Shown here piece by piece: positions 46,669 through 56,404 of a stretch of 64,000 bases of DNA. Origin of the DNA: a virus (lineage: Duplodnaviria; Caudoviricetes). Position numbers and translations under genes: made by a program. The first letter of the stretch is position 1. Each line of letters starts with the position of its first letter. The notes under the pieces are model-generated. The model searched no databases. It worked only from the letters and a program-made list of their open reading frames with translations, and was not told the origin of the DNA. The stretch is taken from the IMG/VR virus record IMGVR_UViG_3300001335_000583, positions 1 to 64,000 of that record. One strand, given 5' to 3'.

Positions 46669-47295
46669 TCATATTGAATATTTTTTAACTAATTTTTGTA
46701 TTTTTTCCTCTAATTCTATAAGGGATGAATCATTGTAAATAACTTCATTCCAGTCGTCATACTGATCCAGGGCTGTTTCAGAAGCATGATCTAACAGGGG
46801 AATTCCCGGTCTTTCTATTCTAAACAGCAGACCTCCCCTGTCTATAACAGCTTTTGCTTCATTGGGAAATCTGACATCAGTGATAATCCAGTTTATAGAG
46901 GGTGAGAATCGATAGTTTCTTATAACAGCATTAACCCAGATATTGGGATGAATCAGATTCCTGCCACACTCTGTTCCCAACAGTTGCATAAGCAGTCTGG
47001 GAGTTAATTCCTGTATAGCATAATTCATACTTATGGCTTCTTGTGCTTCTTTTTCAGTGTTGTATACTTTGCCTAAAAAATCTTCTTTGTATCTCACCCA
47101 GTCTATTCCTAAAGAGGTGTTCTTAAAGTCTATATCTTCCAGTTGCTCCCTGGTACAGCCTATTAATAAACAAGTCATATCCTTCAGAGGGTCTGCAAAC
47201 TTTTTAAACTCCCAGTTTCTTGAAGAGTAGTTTCTGATTATCTTGGCTACAGTATCTTTCCCACTTTGAGCCTTGCCGCTTATTCCTATTAACAT
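46669..47295 (-). CDS. deoxynucleoside monophosphate kinase
   Basis: P-loop GKAQSGKD, FADPLK, PRLLMQLLGTECGR, TDVRFPNE. Confidence 0.85.
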   Translation of the reverse strand: MLIGISGKAQSGKDTVAKIIRNYSSRNWEFKKFADPLKDMTCLLIGCTREQLEDIDFKNTSLGIDWVRYKEDFLGKVYNTEKEAQEAISMNYAIQELTPRLLMQLLGTECGRNLIHPNIWVNAVIRNYRFSPSINWIITDVRFPNEAKAVIDRGGLLFRIERPGIPLLDHASETALDQYDDWNEVIYNDSSLIELEEKIQKLVKKYSI

Positions 47296-47313
47296 TTTAA
47301 TTATGATTTAAAT

Positions 47314-47348
47314 AAAAAATAAACCAGGGGAAGATTATATCCCCTGGT
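47314..47348 (-). terminator. intrinsic terminator after polA
   Basis: Minus strand ACCAGGGGA...TCCCCTGGT followed by TTATTTTTT. Confidence 0.75.
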
Positions 47349-47351
47349 GTT

Positions 47352-49373
47352 TTAATGAACCCAATACTCAGCTATCTCTGGGACAGCCTTTAGTCTCACA
47401 TCTTTACAAAAGATAGCTCCTGCATCTTCCATGCACTTTTGAAGCCAGTCAGCTTCATCATGTGCCAAGACATCGGGGGCTTCTACTAAATATTCATCAT
47501 GTACAATATTAACTATCCACACTGCAAAGAGCAGGTTAGCTTCTATTAAATGATTGAAATACTTGATACCTGCTATCTTGGTAATAATAGCTGATGTGCC
47601 CTGAACAGGGGCATTTAGTGAGTTCCTTTCATACCCACTTCTCTTCCTGAAAAACTCTCGTACAGTTTGAACCATGGGATCATCCGGATCTTTGCTCTTA
47701 ACATACCTGTACCTATCCCAAAATTCTGAATTAAACTGACCTTCTATGTCTTTTAATTCTTCCCAGTTGGGAATAAACATCTTGTGCCCCGTAATATCAG
47801 ATATAAGGATATACCCCCTGTTCCACATATTTCTCTTGCACTGCTTGAAGTATTCATTGATCTTGCTAAAACCACTGAGGTAAGACTTCTCTATATATAA
47901 GCCTTGTTCTACAGGAAGCGCGAGGTTCTTTGCTATGGTAGTGCCATTCCCGCCGTAATGGATGGAAAATTTAGCCTTCTTAGCAAGGGCTCTGAGATCA
48001 GGCCTTTTCTTTTTAACCTCTTCTTCTGGGATACTATCTAGATCTTCAGGAAAACAGATTTTAGCTACAAAACTATGCCCATCCCTTTCCTCCTCTGTAT
48101 CATTATAAAATTCAATCAGCTTGGGTTCTCGGGATAACTGGGTAAACACGTAGTCTTCCTGGGCGGTATAGTCACAATCAATAAGTACATGACCTTTTTT
48201 TGCAACAAAGCTGCTCCTGGTTTCATGGTCACTGGGCAGATTCTGGATATTAATATACTCCTCTTTGGTGTTTTTGTTCTTACCCCCGCAACTTAACCTG
48301 CCTGTATCCATCAACTGGTTAAAGTTGGTATGTATCCTTCCAGTCATGGGATTGATCTGTTTGAGAACATTCTCCCCATAGGTAGTTACGATCTTATACT
48401 TTTTAGTATAAGCCAGGTACAAGGGAGATATGTCTGACAAGTCCTTCTGTTTGTCTATAACTTTAGCTTCTACAGACTTTTTATACAACCCTGTCCTTTT
48501 ATCCTTCACCCTCAGATCAAAGCCCATATGCTCAAAAAGAGGGATCAGCTGTTTGGAACTGTTCCAGTTTAGTATGCAGACAGGGTCTGTATTAAACCCT
48601 GTAAAGAGATTTCCCTGGGCTTCTACGTAAGTATAAACCTTGAAAGAGGGATCTTCTTTACTTTTATTAATGATCCATTCATTCAAGACCTTTTCTGCTT
48701 CAACCAGGTCTTCCTTATCCTTCTGCATCTTGTCTGACCACTTCTTCCTATCTAGCTTAATACCTGAATACTCTATGTAGGCCAGTACCTTTACAAACTC
48801 GTTTTCAATGGAAACAGCCGTAAGTAACCCTTTCTTTACTAGTTCAGGATGTTGTGCTTCCATTAGTTTTTCCAGGTATTTAACATCCTCGCAACCATAC
48901 ATGATCACATCTTCAGACAGGCCTCTCTTCCCCCTCAAAGATTTATCCAACCCTACTCCCAGGTACTCCATGGTTAAACTGTCCAACCCCATAGACCTGT
49001 ATCCAGGGGGATAACCCAACCAGAGCAGTTTCTCTGCCAGGTAGGTGTCATATACTCTTTTAAGAACAATCCTACAGTGATAAAAGAACTTTAAATCAAA
49101 CTTGGCATTCTGTAACAAGAACAATTTATCTGATTCAAGCAAGGCTTTATACTTCTGTATATCTACCGTTGTAGTATCTATAAATACCTGGAAGTCATAA
49201 TTTCCCATCTGAACAGACACCAGGGTAGTGGTATAAACGTCAAATCCAGTAGTTTCCGTGTCTAGCCCTATGATGTCTAACCCCCAAAGCATCTCCAGTG
49301 ATTTCTCAATGGAGATAACTTTGTAGGTGTCAGACTCATACAGGCGTGTTTGTTTTGTAACTAAATATCTCAT
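47352..49373 (-). CDS. polA: family A DNA polymerase with 3'-5' exonuclease
   Basis: DTETTG (ExoI), QNAKFD, TGRLS, NIQNLP, DCDYTAQE (motif A), AKKAKFSIHYG (B), VHDE (C). Confidence 0.92.
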   Translation of the reverse strand: MRYLVTKQTRLYESDTYKVISIEKSLEMLWGLDIIGLDTETTGFDVYTTTLVSVQMGNYDFQVFIDTTTVDIQKYKALLESDKLFLLQNAKFDLKFFYHCRIVLKRVYDTYLAEKLLWLGYPPGYRSMGLDSLTMEYLGVGLDKSLRGKRGLSEDVIMYGCEDVKYLEKLMEAQHPELVKKGLLTAVSIENEFVKVLAYIEYSGIKLDRKKWSDKMQKDKEDLVEAEKVLNEWIINKSKEDPSFKVYTYVEAQGNLFTGFNTDPVCILNWNSSKQLIPLFEHMGFDLRVKDKRTGLYKKSVEAKVIDKQKDLSDISPLYLAYTKKYKIVTTYGENVLKQINPMTGRIHTNFNQLMDTGRLSCGGKNKNTKEEYINIQNLPSDHETRSSFVAKKGHVLIDCDYTAQEDYVFTQLSREPKLIEFYNDTEEERDGHSFVAKICFPEDLDSIPEEEVKKKRPDLRALAKKAKFSIHYGGNGTTIAKNLALPVEQGLYIEKSYLSGFSKINEYFKQCKRNMWNRGYILISDITGHKMFIPNWEELKDIEGQFNSEFWDRYRYVKSKDPDDPMVQTVREFFRKRSGYERNSLNAPVQGTSAIITKIAGIKYFNHLIEANLLFAVWIVNIVHDEYLVEAPDVLAHDEADWLQKCMEDAGAIFCKDVRLKAVPEIAEYWVH

Positions 49374-49642
49374 TATTCAAAGGTTATGAAGCATCCACGC
49401 CCTTCTATAAAATTAATGAATTTGATTTTTGCATCTGCTTCTTTTAGGATTTCCCCTTCAGCCATCAAGGGCCCTCCTGCAGGATTTACGTATACTTTTT
49501 TATTCTCCGTGTATCCTGCTCCAAAGGTGGGAGTACTGGTTTTTAAAAGAAATGTCTTGCTCTCTTCTCCATCAACTTTACGGATCTTTTTAAGGTAGTT
49601 TTTTTCACCTCGTCTTGATCTCAAATGAATGGTGCTTTCCAT
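49373..49642 (-). CDS. conserved hypothetical protein
   Basis: 89 aa, VNPAGGP motif, TAATG-coupled on both sides. Confidence 0.65.
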   Translation of the reverse strand: MESTIHLRSRRGEKNYLKKIRKVDGEESKTFLLKTSTPTFGAGYTENKKVYVNPAGGPLMAEGEILKEADAKIKFINFIEGRGCFITFE

Positions 49643-50133
49643 TATTTTAAATAGGCTATCAACGTGTCAAAATCCAATACATATTTATATTTCTGAAAGA
49701 ATAAGCTTCCCAGTATCCCATGAATCTGCACACCAGATTCTTGCTTTACCACGCTGAAAGCATTATCCAAATCATTTACATTAAAGTCTGTATTAAAATC
49801 TCTATCCTTGTAGGAAATGGTCATGTTACAGGTATCATTTTGAATCCTGTTACCCTCCATTCCAGTGGTTTCCCTTTTTACAGGAGATGTTCTATAGGAT
49901 AAATTAGAAAGTACAGAAGAATTAATGTGAGAATCATTACTTCCTGTATCCAACAAGAAATTAAGCTTATAACCCTTATTGTAAAAAGTTACAACTGGTA
50001 ACTCCGTTAAATCCATCGCTTCTTTGAAAGATATATTGCAGATCTGTTTGCTTTTCTTTTTTGTATTTATATAAAATGTAAAGGACAAAATTGGCAGTAA
50101 TACCGCCCCTATAATTAAAAGTTCAAGTGTCAT
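49642..50133 (-). CDS. retropepsin-like aspartyl protease with N-terminal membrane anchor
   Basis: FLLDTGS and GILGS motifs, hydrophobic N-terminus. Confidence 0.75.
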   Translation of the reverse strand: MTLELLIIGAVLLPILSFTFYINTKKKSKQICNISFKEAMDLTELPVVTFYNKGYKLNFLLDTGSNDSHINSSVLSNLSYRTSPVKRETTGMEGNRIQNDTCNMTISYKDRDFNTDFNVNDLDNAFSVVKQESGVQIHGILGSLFFQKYKYVLDFDTLIAYLK

Positions 50134-50153
50134 ATCTGTTTATTCAATGTTTA

Positions 50154-50642
50154 TTATTTACCTGTAGAACCAAAACCCCCCCTGTTTTCATTACCTAGGC
50201 TACTTACTTCAATGAATTTAATCTTCGAGGTAAATAACCATTTCAGTTTTATCCACCAGGGAGCAAACTGGCTGGGCCTGATTCTAAACTGGGCTATCCT
50301 GGTTCCTTTCTCTATGACAGTATCTCTAAAGGGTATGGCAGAAAATAACCACTCATCTTCATCCCCATGATAGGTATGATCTATCACTCCCATGCTGTTA
50401 GCCATCATGATACCATACTTGGGAAAAGTGGAACTTCTCGGGAGTATGTTGGCTTCAAAATATTTAGGAAGCTGCATGGCTATACCCAACGGGATTAATT
50501 CCGGGTAAGAAGTAACTTTTTGATGAAAAGAAGATGGCCCTTTCAATTTTAAGTTATCCCTGGTTTTTAAATCTACCCACTCCCCCTTTTCATGTTGACA
50601 AAGATCAAAAGGACTATCTATGGATTTTACTTTTATTTTCAT
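50154..50642 (-). CDS. dut: trimeric dUTPase
   Basis: PRSS, GVIDHTY.G, RIAQ, NRGGFGSTG. Confidence 0.88.
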   Translation of the reverse strand: MKIKVKSIDSPFDLCQHEKGEWVDLKTRDNLKLKGPSSFHQKVTSYPELIPLGIAMQLPKYFEANILPRSSTFPKYGIMMANSMGVIDHTYHGDEDEWLFSAIPFRDTVIEKGTRIAQFRIRPSQFAPWWIKLKWLFTSKIKFIEVSSLGNENRGGFGSTGK

Positions 50643-50832
50643 TTTCTCTTAATAAGATTTGTTTGTAAATAGAATCATGTCTTATAATAGGTATAGAGTG
50701 AATACTGTCCATGTACAGTTCAACGCGTTGAAAACACAGGTCCACTTTGGGATCAACAGGTACTTGTCGAGAAATCTGACAAGAGAGAATTATAAATACG
50801 CAAACTATGATGGTTATGACTTTTATCTTCAT
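50614..50832 (-). CDS. putative small lipoprotein, 72 aa (ends at TAG; TGA 3 codons later)
   Basis: MKIKVITIIVCVFIILSC signal peptide/lipobox. ATG overlaps the RNR stop (TAATG). Confidence 0.5.
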   Translation of the reverse strand: MKIKVITIIVCVFIILSCQISRQVPVDPKVDLCFQRVELYMDSIHSIPIIRHDSIYKQILLRENENKSKIHR

Positions 50833-53354
50833 TATAAACATTTTGAATATCCACAATCCAGGCACTTGTCACAACTTGCTTCCCTGATGAGCCTACCCCC
50901 ACATTCAGGACAACTTTCACCATTAACCATTTCCTTGTCTACATATTTAGATAACACCCTGCACATGGCAGAAGAGAAAGAGGTAATGTTATCATTTATC
51001 TTCCTGGCAGTCTTGATAATAAACTTGATATCGGCACTATGCCTTAACAACATGGAGGTATATAAAGTACAGGCTTTTTCCTCTATATTAGAGGTAGACA
51101 GTTGTAAATCTGAGACATTGATATGCTCGGAATCAAAACTGTAATGACCTTTTTTAACTTTAGTGATCACTCCTTTATGCTGCTCAATATTGACAGGTTT
51201 CAGAGGTTCAAACGTGAAAATCTCGTAAGGTTTGCCATGCAATAGACCTACCAGCACTATATACTGCTTACCTTTGGATTTAACCTGGTAATAATCAGCT
51301 TCAAGTACTTTAGGTCTTTTGTGAGCTTGCCTGCCCTCTTCAAGAACCTCCTCTGCCTGTTTAATGGCATTTAAGATGCCCTGCCGGCAGTTATCCCTGT
51401 AAATGGTAATCCCCTTGAGTCCCTTCTTCCATGCCTGCATGTACAGATCCGCCACGGTACTTTCCGTGGTATTCTCAGGTAGGTTTACAGTGGAACTGAT
51501 GGCATGAGTGATAAACCTCTGCACCATACTTTGCGTTTCAATCCTGTCTGTATAAGATATTTCAGGAGCAGTAGACCCGTACCAGGGAGAAGCCTGGAAT
51601 AAAACACCCAACTCCTTGGGGGTTAAAGTTTCCAGAAATTGTTTGGTATTACTGTAATTCTTTGTTTGACACCATCGTATAAACTGGGGGTGTAAAACTG
51701 CAAATTCCGTAAACTTCTCACCATTCTGATCTGTAAAATCCACCCTGTCATCTGGAGATGATACCCTCCTCCTTCTCATATAATAAGGCATAAACACCGG
51801 CTCTATACCTGAAGATGTCTGGGACATGATGCTAACCGTGCCTGTAGGAGCCACTGTACTGAAAGAGAGGTTCCTCCTGCCAAATGCAGCCATTCTTTTA
51901 TAGATAACGGGAAAACTCTCTTTGACAAAATCTGTCCAGGCATTGTCCTCTTCCTCTTCTTTACCCGGGAACATTCCCCTTGTTACGGCTAAATCTGTAG
52001 TTGCATCTAACTGGGCATTAAATATGATATACATCATCATCTCTGTAACATCTACATCTTCACCACTTCCATATTTTAAACCAAGCATAGCTCTAGCATC
52101 TGCTAAACCAGTGAATCCTACTCCTATCCTTCTGTATCTAAAGGCAGTTCCCCTTATATCCACCCATAATTTTTCTTCCACAAAGTCTTTGTCATTAGAA
52201 ACTTTATTTAAAATACGGTCAATAGCTTCTATCTCCAGATCTACCAGATCATCCCCCAGGACAATGGCTTCATAGGCTACTCTGTACAACTCTTCTGCAT
52301 CCATGTAAACATCCTCTGTATAAGGATTGTGAATGAAAGAGGTTAAGTTCAAGTGCATCAACCTGCAAGAGTCATAAGGCCCCAGTGGAATCTCCCCACA
52401 AGGATTAGTTGAAATGGCTTTAGCTTCCTCGTAAGTACCATCTGGAGAGTAGTCATGTATTCTGTCAATGAAAAGAATTCCTGGTTCTGCCGTGTTCCAG
52501 GCAGCATGAATTAACTGTTCCCACAACTTTTTGGCTTTTACCCTTTTGACCTGGGAAGTAGTTCCATCAACATGATGTACAGGAGTCAAGACATCATATT
52601 CAAAACTTTCAGGAGAGTCTGTTGTAAACTCTTTATCTACAGGCCACCTGAGCAGGTAATCTTCATCCTTCTCAACAGCTTGCATGAAGTCATCCCTGAC
52701 TTTAAGAGAGATATTAGCTCCTGTTACCTTGGTTAAATCCTGCTTCATATTAATGAAATCAGGTGAATCAGGATGTCTTATATCCATGGTAAGCATGAGT
52801 GCTCCTCTCCTGCCATCCTGGGCTACCTCTTTGGTAATAGCCGAGTTTACCTCCATAAAAGAGGCTGGCCCTGTGGCAGTACCTGCAGCATTGTTTACCT
52901 TAGATCCCTTGGGCCTTAAATTGGACAAATCATACCCGACTCCTCCCCTTCTCTTCATCAGGTGGGCTTGTTGTGTCCGTGCTTCCATTATAGATGTATA
53001 ACTATCCTCAGGACTGCCTATCACGAAGCAATTGCTTAAACTGGTAATACTATTAGTTCCTAAAGAAGCCATGATAGATCCCCCGGGAATGATGTATTTA
53101 AAGTTTTCAAACAGTTGATAGATATCCTGCTCAGTCAATTTTTTCCTGCTCTGGCCATACTCTGAAAGGTCTTGCCTGAACATCTCCGGTGTGTCCTTGA
53201 TATCATATTTATCCTCTATACGGGCAAATTCCCTGGCCATCCTCATGTGCATGTCTGCAGGGGTTTTCTCTCCTGCTTCTTTCCAGGCATACTTGTTTTT
53301 CCAGGTAGTAGCAGCCAGCTCGTCCCCTTTAAAATATTCCAGTAGTTCTTTCAT
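50832..53354 (-). CDS. nrdJ: class II (B12-dependent) ribonucleotide reductase
   Basis: NCFV, RRGGGVG, RRGALM, TNPCGEI, APTGTVS, GITIYRD, C-terminal CPEC...CxxCGYSKC. Confidence 0.9.
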   Translation of the reverse strand: MKELLEYFKGDELAATTWKNKYAWKEAGEKTPADMHMRMAREFARIEDKYDIKDTPEMFRQDLSEYGQSRKKLTEQDIYQLFENFKYIIPGGSIMASLGTNSITSLSNCFVIGSPEDSYTSIMEARTQQAHLMKRRGGVGYDLSNLRPKGSKVNNAAGTATGPASFMEVNSAITKEVAQDGRRGALMLTMDIRHPDSPDFINMKQDLTKVTGANISLKVRDDFMQAVEKDEDYLLRWPVDKEFTTDSPESFEYDVLTPVHHVDGTTSQVKRVKAKKLWEQLIHAAWNTAEPGILFIDRIHDYSPDGTYEEAKAISTNPCGEIPLGPYDSCRLMHLNLTSFIHNPYTEDVYMDAEELYRVAYEAIVLGDDLVDLEIEAIDRILNKVSNDKDFVEEKLWVDIRGTAFRYRRIGVGFTGLADARAMLGLKYGSGEDVDVTEMMMYIIFNAQLDATTDLAVTRGMFPGKEEEEDNAWTDFVKESFPVIYKRMAAFGRRNLSFSTVAPTGTVSIMSQTSSGIEPVFMPYYMRRRRVSSPDDRVDFTDQNGEKFTEFAVLHPQFIRWCQTKNYSNTKQFLETLTPKELGVLFQASPWYGSTAPEISYTDRIETQSMVQRFITHAISSTVNLPENTTESTVADLYMQAWKKGLKGITIYRDNCRQGILNAIKQAEEVLEEGRQAHKRPKVLEADYYQVKSKGKQYIVLVGLLHGKPYEIFTFEPLKPVNIEQHKGVITKVKKGHYSFDSEHINVSDLQLSTSNIEEKACTLYTSMLLRHSADIKFIIKTARKINDNITSFSSAMCRVLSKYVDKEMVNGESCPECGGRLIREASCDKCLDCGYSKCL

Positions 53355-54397
53355 ACTTGTATTAAATTATTTAAAGTCATCACTCCCTGGTTGGCATAAG
53401 CCTCGATGGGGTATTCATACTTCTCATTTTTAAGGTACCAATCCAACTCCTGCAAAAGAGTTCGCCATCCTTTGTGTTTAACTCCATCGGCACTTACCCA
53501 GTCTGAAACAGTCAGGTTATCCTTGAATTTCCACACCAAAGGAGTCAGGTTATACCTGTTAACCACTATAAACATGAAGGGGTAGATTTTAAAATCCTTG
53601 TAATAGTCATCACTGGCTAGAATTTTGAAAAGGATGTAACTGTACAGGGTAGCCTGCAGGTCATATCTCCATTGCAAGAAGGATTCATCAAACTTGTATT
53701 CAGGTTTTCCAGTGGTTTTTAAATCACAGGGAATGATAATCTTCCTCTTATGGTCCACTATAATCCTGTCAAACATGCACCTGACAGGTCTTACCAGGTT
53801 CTCATCTTTCTCCAGTAAAAATTTAAGCTGATAGAATCCCTCGATGTCTTCATTGAAAGGATTGACAGATAAAAAATTTTTAGTGTAGGGGTGAGTTTTT
53901 AATGTATCCACGCAACTGGTTGCAGTGGTGTAATCCTGGGAAGATACTATCATTTTATCCCCCGAGAGAAAAAGTAGATCATAGTACTCTTTTCCCTTTT
54001 TAATGATGTCATTTATCCTGGTTTGAGGTAACCAGTTCGATGCGTATTTATTGGTATTTATGATGTCCAGGAGCCCTTCTGAAGGGATTTTATCCAAACT
54101 CCTATGCTCCTGACCATACATGGCAAAACTATCCCTCACGATGGTTAAAACAGCATCAGAGACAGATGGGAAATCTGCTACAAAATACTTTTCTTCTACC
54201 TTTTCTGGTTCAGTCAACAGGGTGTCTACAAGCCCCCCAAAACGTAAAGCCTCCGAGTCTTTCTTTTCCCAAAGAGTGGGCACCTTGGTGTGCCCCTCCC
54301 TGGCAAAAGTACTTAACGCGGAATAGCTTATAGCGGGATTACTCCTGTAGGTATTTTCATCTACCTGCCAGCTTAAATCGTATAAACTCTTCTTCAT
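53351..54397 (-). CDS. PD-(D/E)XK exonuclease (RecE/ExoVIII-like)
   Basis: ISYSALS, ALRFGGLVD, CMFDRI, DLKTTG, YDLQATLY. Confidence 0.75.
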   Translation of the reverse strand: MKKSLYDLSWQVDENTYRSNPAISYSALSTFAREGHTKVPTLWEKKDSEALRFGGLVDTLLTEPEKVEEKYFVADFPSVSDAVLTIVRDSFAMYGQEHRSLDKIPSEGLLDIINTNKYASNWLPQTRINDIIKKGKEYYDLLFLSGDKMIVSSQDYTTATSCVDTLKTHPYTKNFLSVNPFNEDIEGFYQLKFLLEKDENLVRPVRCMFDRIIVDHKRKIIIPCDLKTTGKPEYKFDESFLQWRYDLQATLYSYILFKILASDDYYKDFKIYPFMFIVVNRYNLTPLVWKFKDNLTVSDWVSADGVKHKGWRTLLQELDWYLKNEKYEYPIEAYANQGVMTLNNLIQV

Positions 54398-54409
54398 ATA
54401 TTTAATTTG

Positions 54410-54745
54410 TTAATGATCATCTTCTCCGGTTCTATCCGCGAATGTATCCATGTCTACCCCGTCAGATTCTATAACATCTTCACTGATAGAGATTTCATTA
54501 TAAAGTAAATCCACGTAGGCACATACATGATAATGTAACACCTCCAACTGGGGTAAAACAGCTGAATCAAATTGATCTGCCCAGAATCTTTTTCTTACTT
54601 TTTTCTGTTCCTTTGTTAAATCTGAATAGACTAGTTCCTGCAGGGAGTCAAAATCCCTCTCCTCTATAAATAGATGAGCCAATCTTTGATCCCTCTCTGG
54701 CAAACATTTAAGAAGTCCTTCAATCACTCTTACTGGATTCTTCAT
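54410..54745 (-). CDS. conserved hypothetical protein
   Basis: 111 aa, overlap-coupled. Confidence 0.65.
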   Translation of the reverse strand: MKNPVRVIEGLLKCLPERDQRLAHLFIEERDFDSLQELVYSDLTKEQKKVRKRFWADQFDSAVLPQLEVLHYHVCAYVDLLYNEISISEDVIESDGVDMDTFADRTGEDDH

Positions 54746-55209
54746 AGCTTCTGTATTAATTCAATAGACTCTACCATTTGTTTCACTGAATGTGGTTCAT
54801 AGAAGCTATATATAAACCCGTCATCCCTGCTTTCCAGCATTTTTAAAAACATCTTCTTCTTGAGGGGGTAAGTGTCGTTCTCTTTCCCTTTTGCATCAAA
54901 ATAGATACGATGATTTCCTTTTTCTACCAGAAAGTCAGGAGTATAAGTTATATCCCTAAGTGCTCTTACTTGCGGACTTAATGTTTTTTCAAATTTGCCT
55001 ACCTTGATTTTTTTAGGGGCCATCACCTGGGTGTTTTCCAGCTTAATCCCTTTCCATAAAGCAATCCTTTCAGGCTCGTGGTAAAACTTCAATCCAGAAT
55101 CTTTCAATTTCTTGTAACAAGAACATTCCAGGCGACTTCTAAACTTGATACCATCAAATTCAGTGGCAACGGCTCCTTTAATTTTCTTGTTGACAATCTT
55201 TTCCATCAA
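54742..55209 (-). CDS. PD-(D/E)XK endonuclease (DUF1064-like)
   Basis: FDGIKFRSRLE, YTPDF, DAKG. Confidence 0.7.
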   Translation of the reverse strand: MMEKIVNKKIKGAVATEFDGIKFRSRLECSCYKKLKDSGLKFYHEPERIALWKGIKLENTQVMAPKKIKVGKFEKTLSPQVRALRDITYTPDFLVEKGNHRIYFDAKGKENDTYPLKKKMFLKMLESRDDGFIYSFYEPHSVKQMVESIELIQKL

Positions 55210-55717
55210 CTTCCTCTATAATAGATTCATAATAGGCCAAAGCAGTTATAGCATCAGCATAATCTCGAAATGCAGCAAAGTTTTTGAAAGATTGAATTCT
55301 GTCTTTTGGGACAGGTACGATGACATCATCCATTATAGTGGATATGCCGTAAATAGCAGGACTTTTAGAGATGTGATTACCATAGAATTTATCCAGGTTA
55401 ATGGCCATCTCTTTTAATATAAGATGCTTCACAGACGAGGGGGATATTTTATATAACTGTTTCAGGTATCTCATCACTTTTTCCTCACTCCAGTCCAACC
55501 TGACAGCCATGGATTTTACAGGATTTAGGAATAGATCTTTTTTAGGGGAGTCATCTTTTACATGAGATAGTATACCCATTTCTACCAAATCATATTCCAA
55601 GCCTTGGTGGGAGTAAGAAACACGTCTTTGAGTATCAGGATCTATAAAAGAAATTCTATTAATTTCACCCTCTTCAAAGATTATGTCTGTCTTGTTTAAT
55701 TTAAATTTTCTTGTCAT
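55178..55717 (-). CDS. conserved hypothetical protein
   Basis: 179 aa, SFKNFAAFR motif. Confidence 0.65.
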   Translation of the reverse strand: MTRKFKLNKTDIIFEEGEINRISFIDPDTQRRVSYSHQGLEYDLVEMGILSHVKDDSPKKDLFLNPVKSMAVRLDWSEEKVMRYLKQLYKISPSSVKHLILKEMAINLDKFYGNHISKSPAIYGISTIMDDVIVPVPKDRIQSFKNFAAFRDYADAITALAYYESIIEEVDGKDCQQEN

Positions 55718-55732
55718 ACTTATATTTTTTAA

Positions 55733-56404
55733 TTAGTTTTCATAATACCAGCTTATGGTAGTATTATGATTATTTAAAAGAATTTGATTAATTTTCACGA
55801 AGGCATCACACTCGTAGTTCTGTCCTGTTCTTGCTGCATGGGCCGGGTGTTTGTATTTTAAAATGTAATTATGCTTTCCCAGGTAAGGGATAAAGGTGTG
55901 AGCAATACTCCCGAACAGAACATAGATGATACCTGTATTAATCTCCGAGAGTCTTTGTAAAAAACTGGTCATGAAAGATCTCCACAACATCGTGTGGCTA
56001 CCTGTATAACCAGTCTCTACAGTAAGAGCTGAATTTATCATTAAACACCCCTGTCTGGCCCAAGTTTCCAGGCTATGGTCAAAAGTAATCTGGTTATGAG
56101 GCTTGGAAAAATCAACAGCACTCTCCTTTATCACCCTCAAAGAGGGGCTAATCTTAGCATCATCTTCTACATAATTGCCAAACAGTACACCTGTAGCTAT
56201 CCCTTTTTGGGGATAAGGATCTAGTCCTATCATAACTACTTTTAGTTCCGAGTAAGGACAAATATGAAAAGCTTTGAATACTAAAGATTTGGGGGGAGAG
56301 ATTTCTTTATGAGCATACTCATGTTCGAGTGTACCCATGATTTTTCTAAGTTCCTTGTAACTGATTACTTTTTTCCAATCACCAAAATAATCAGAAATAT
56401 CCAT
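55733..56404 (-). CDS. ung: uracil-DNA glycosylase (family 1)
   Basis: GLDPYP, WARQG, NSALTV, HTMLW, HPA. Confidence 0.85.
   Translation of the reverse strand: MDISDYFGDWKKVISYKELRKIMGTLEHEYAHKEISPPKSLVFKAFHICPYSELKVVMIGLDPYPQKGIATGVLFGNYVEDDAKISPSLRVIKESAVDFSKPHNQITFDHSLETWARQGCLMINSALTVETGYTGSHTMLWRSFMTSFLQRLSEINTGIIYVLFGSIAHTFIPYLGKHNYILKYKHPAHAARTGQNYECDAFVKINQILLNNHNTTISWYYEN

Noticed and set aside
47352-53354. Inteins or introns in polA and nrdJ
   Set aside because: Both are uninterrupted, of normal length, and show no obvious intein or LAGLIDADG motifs
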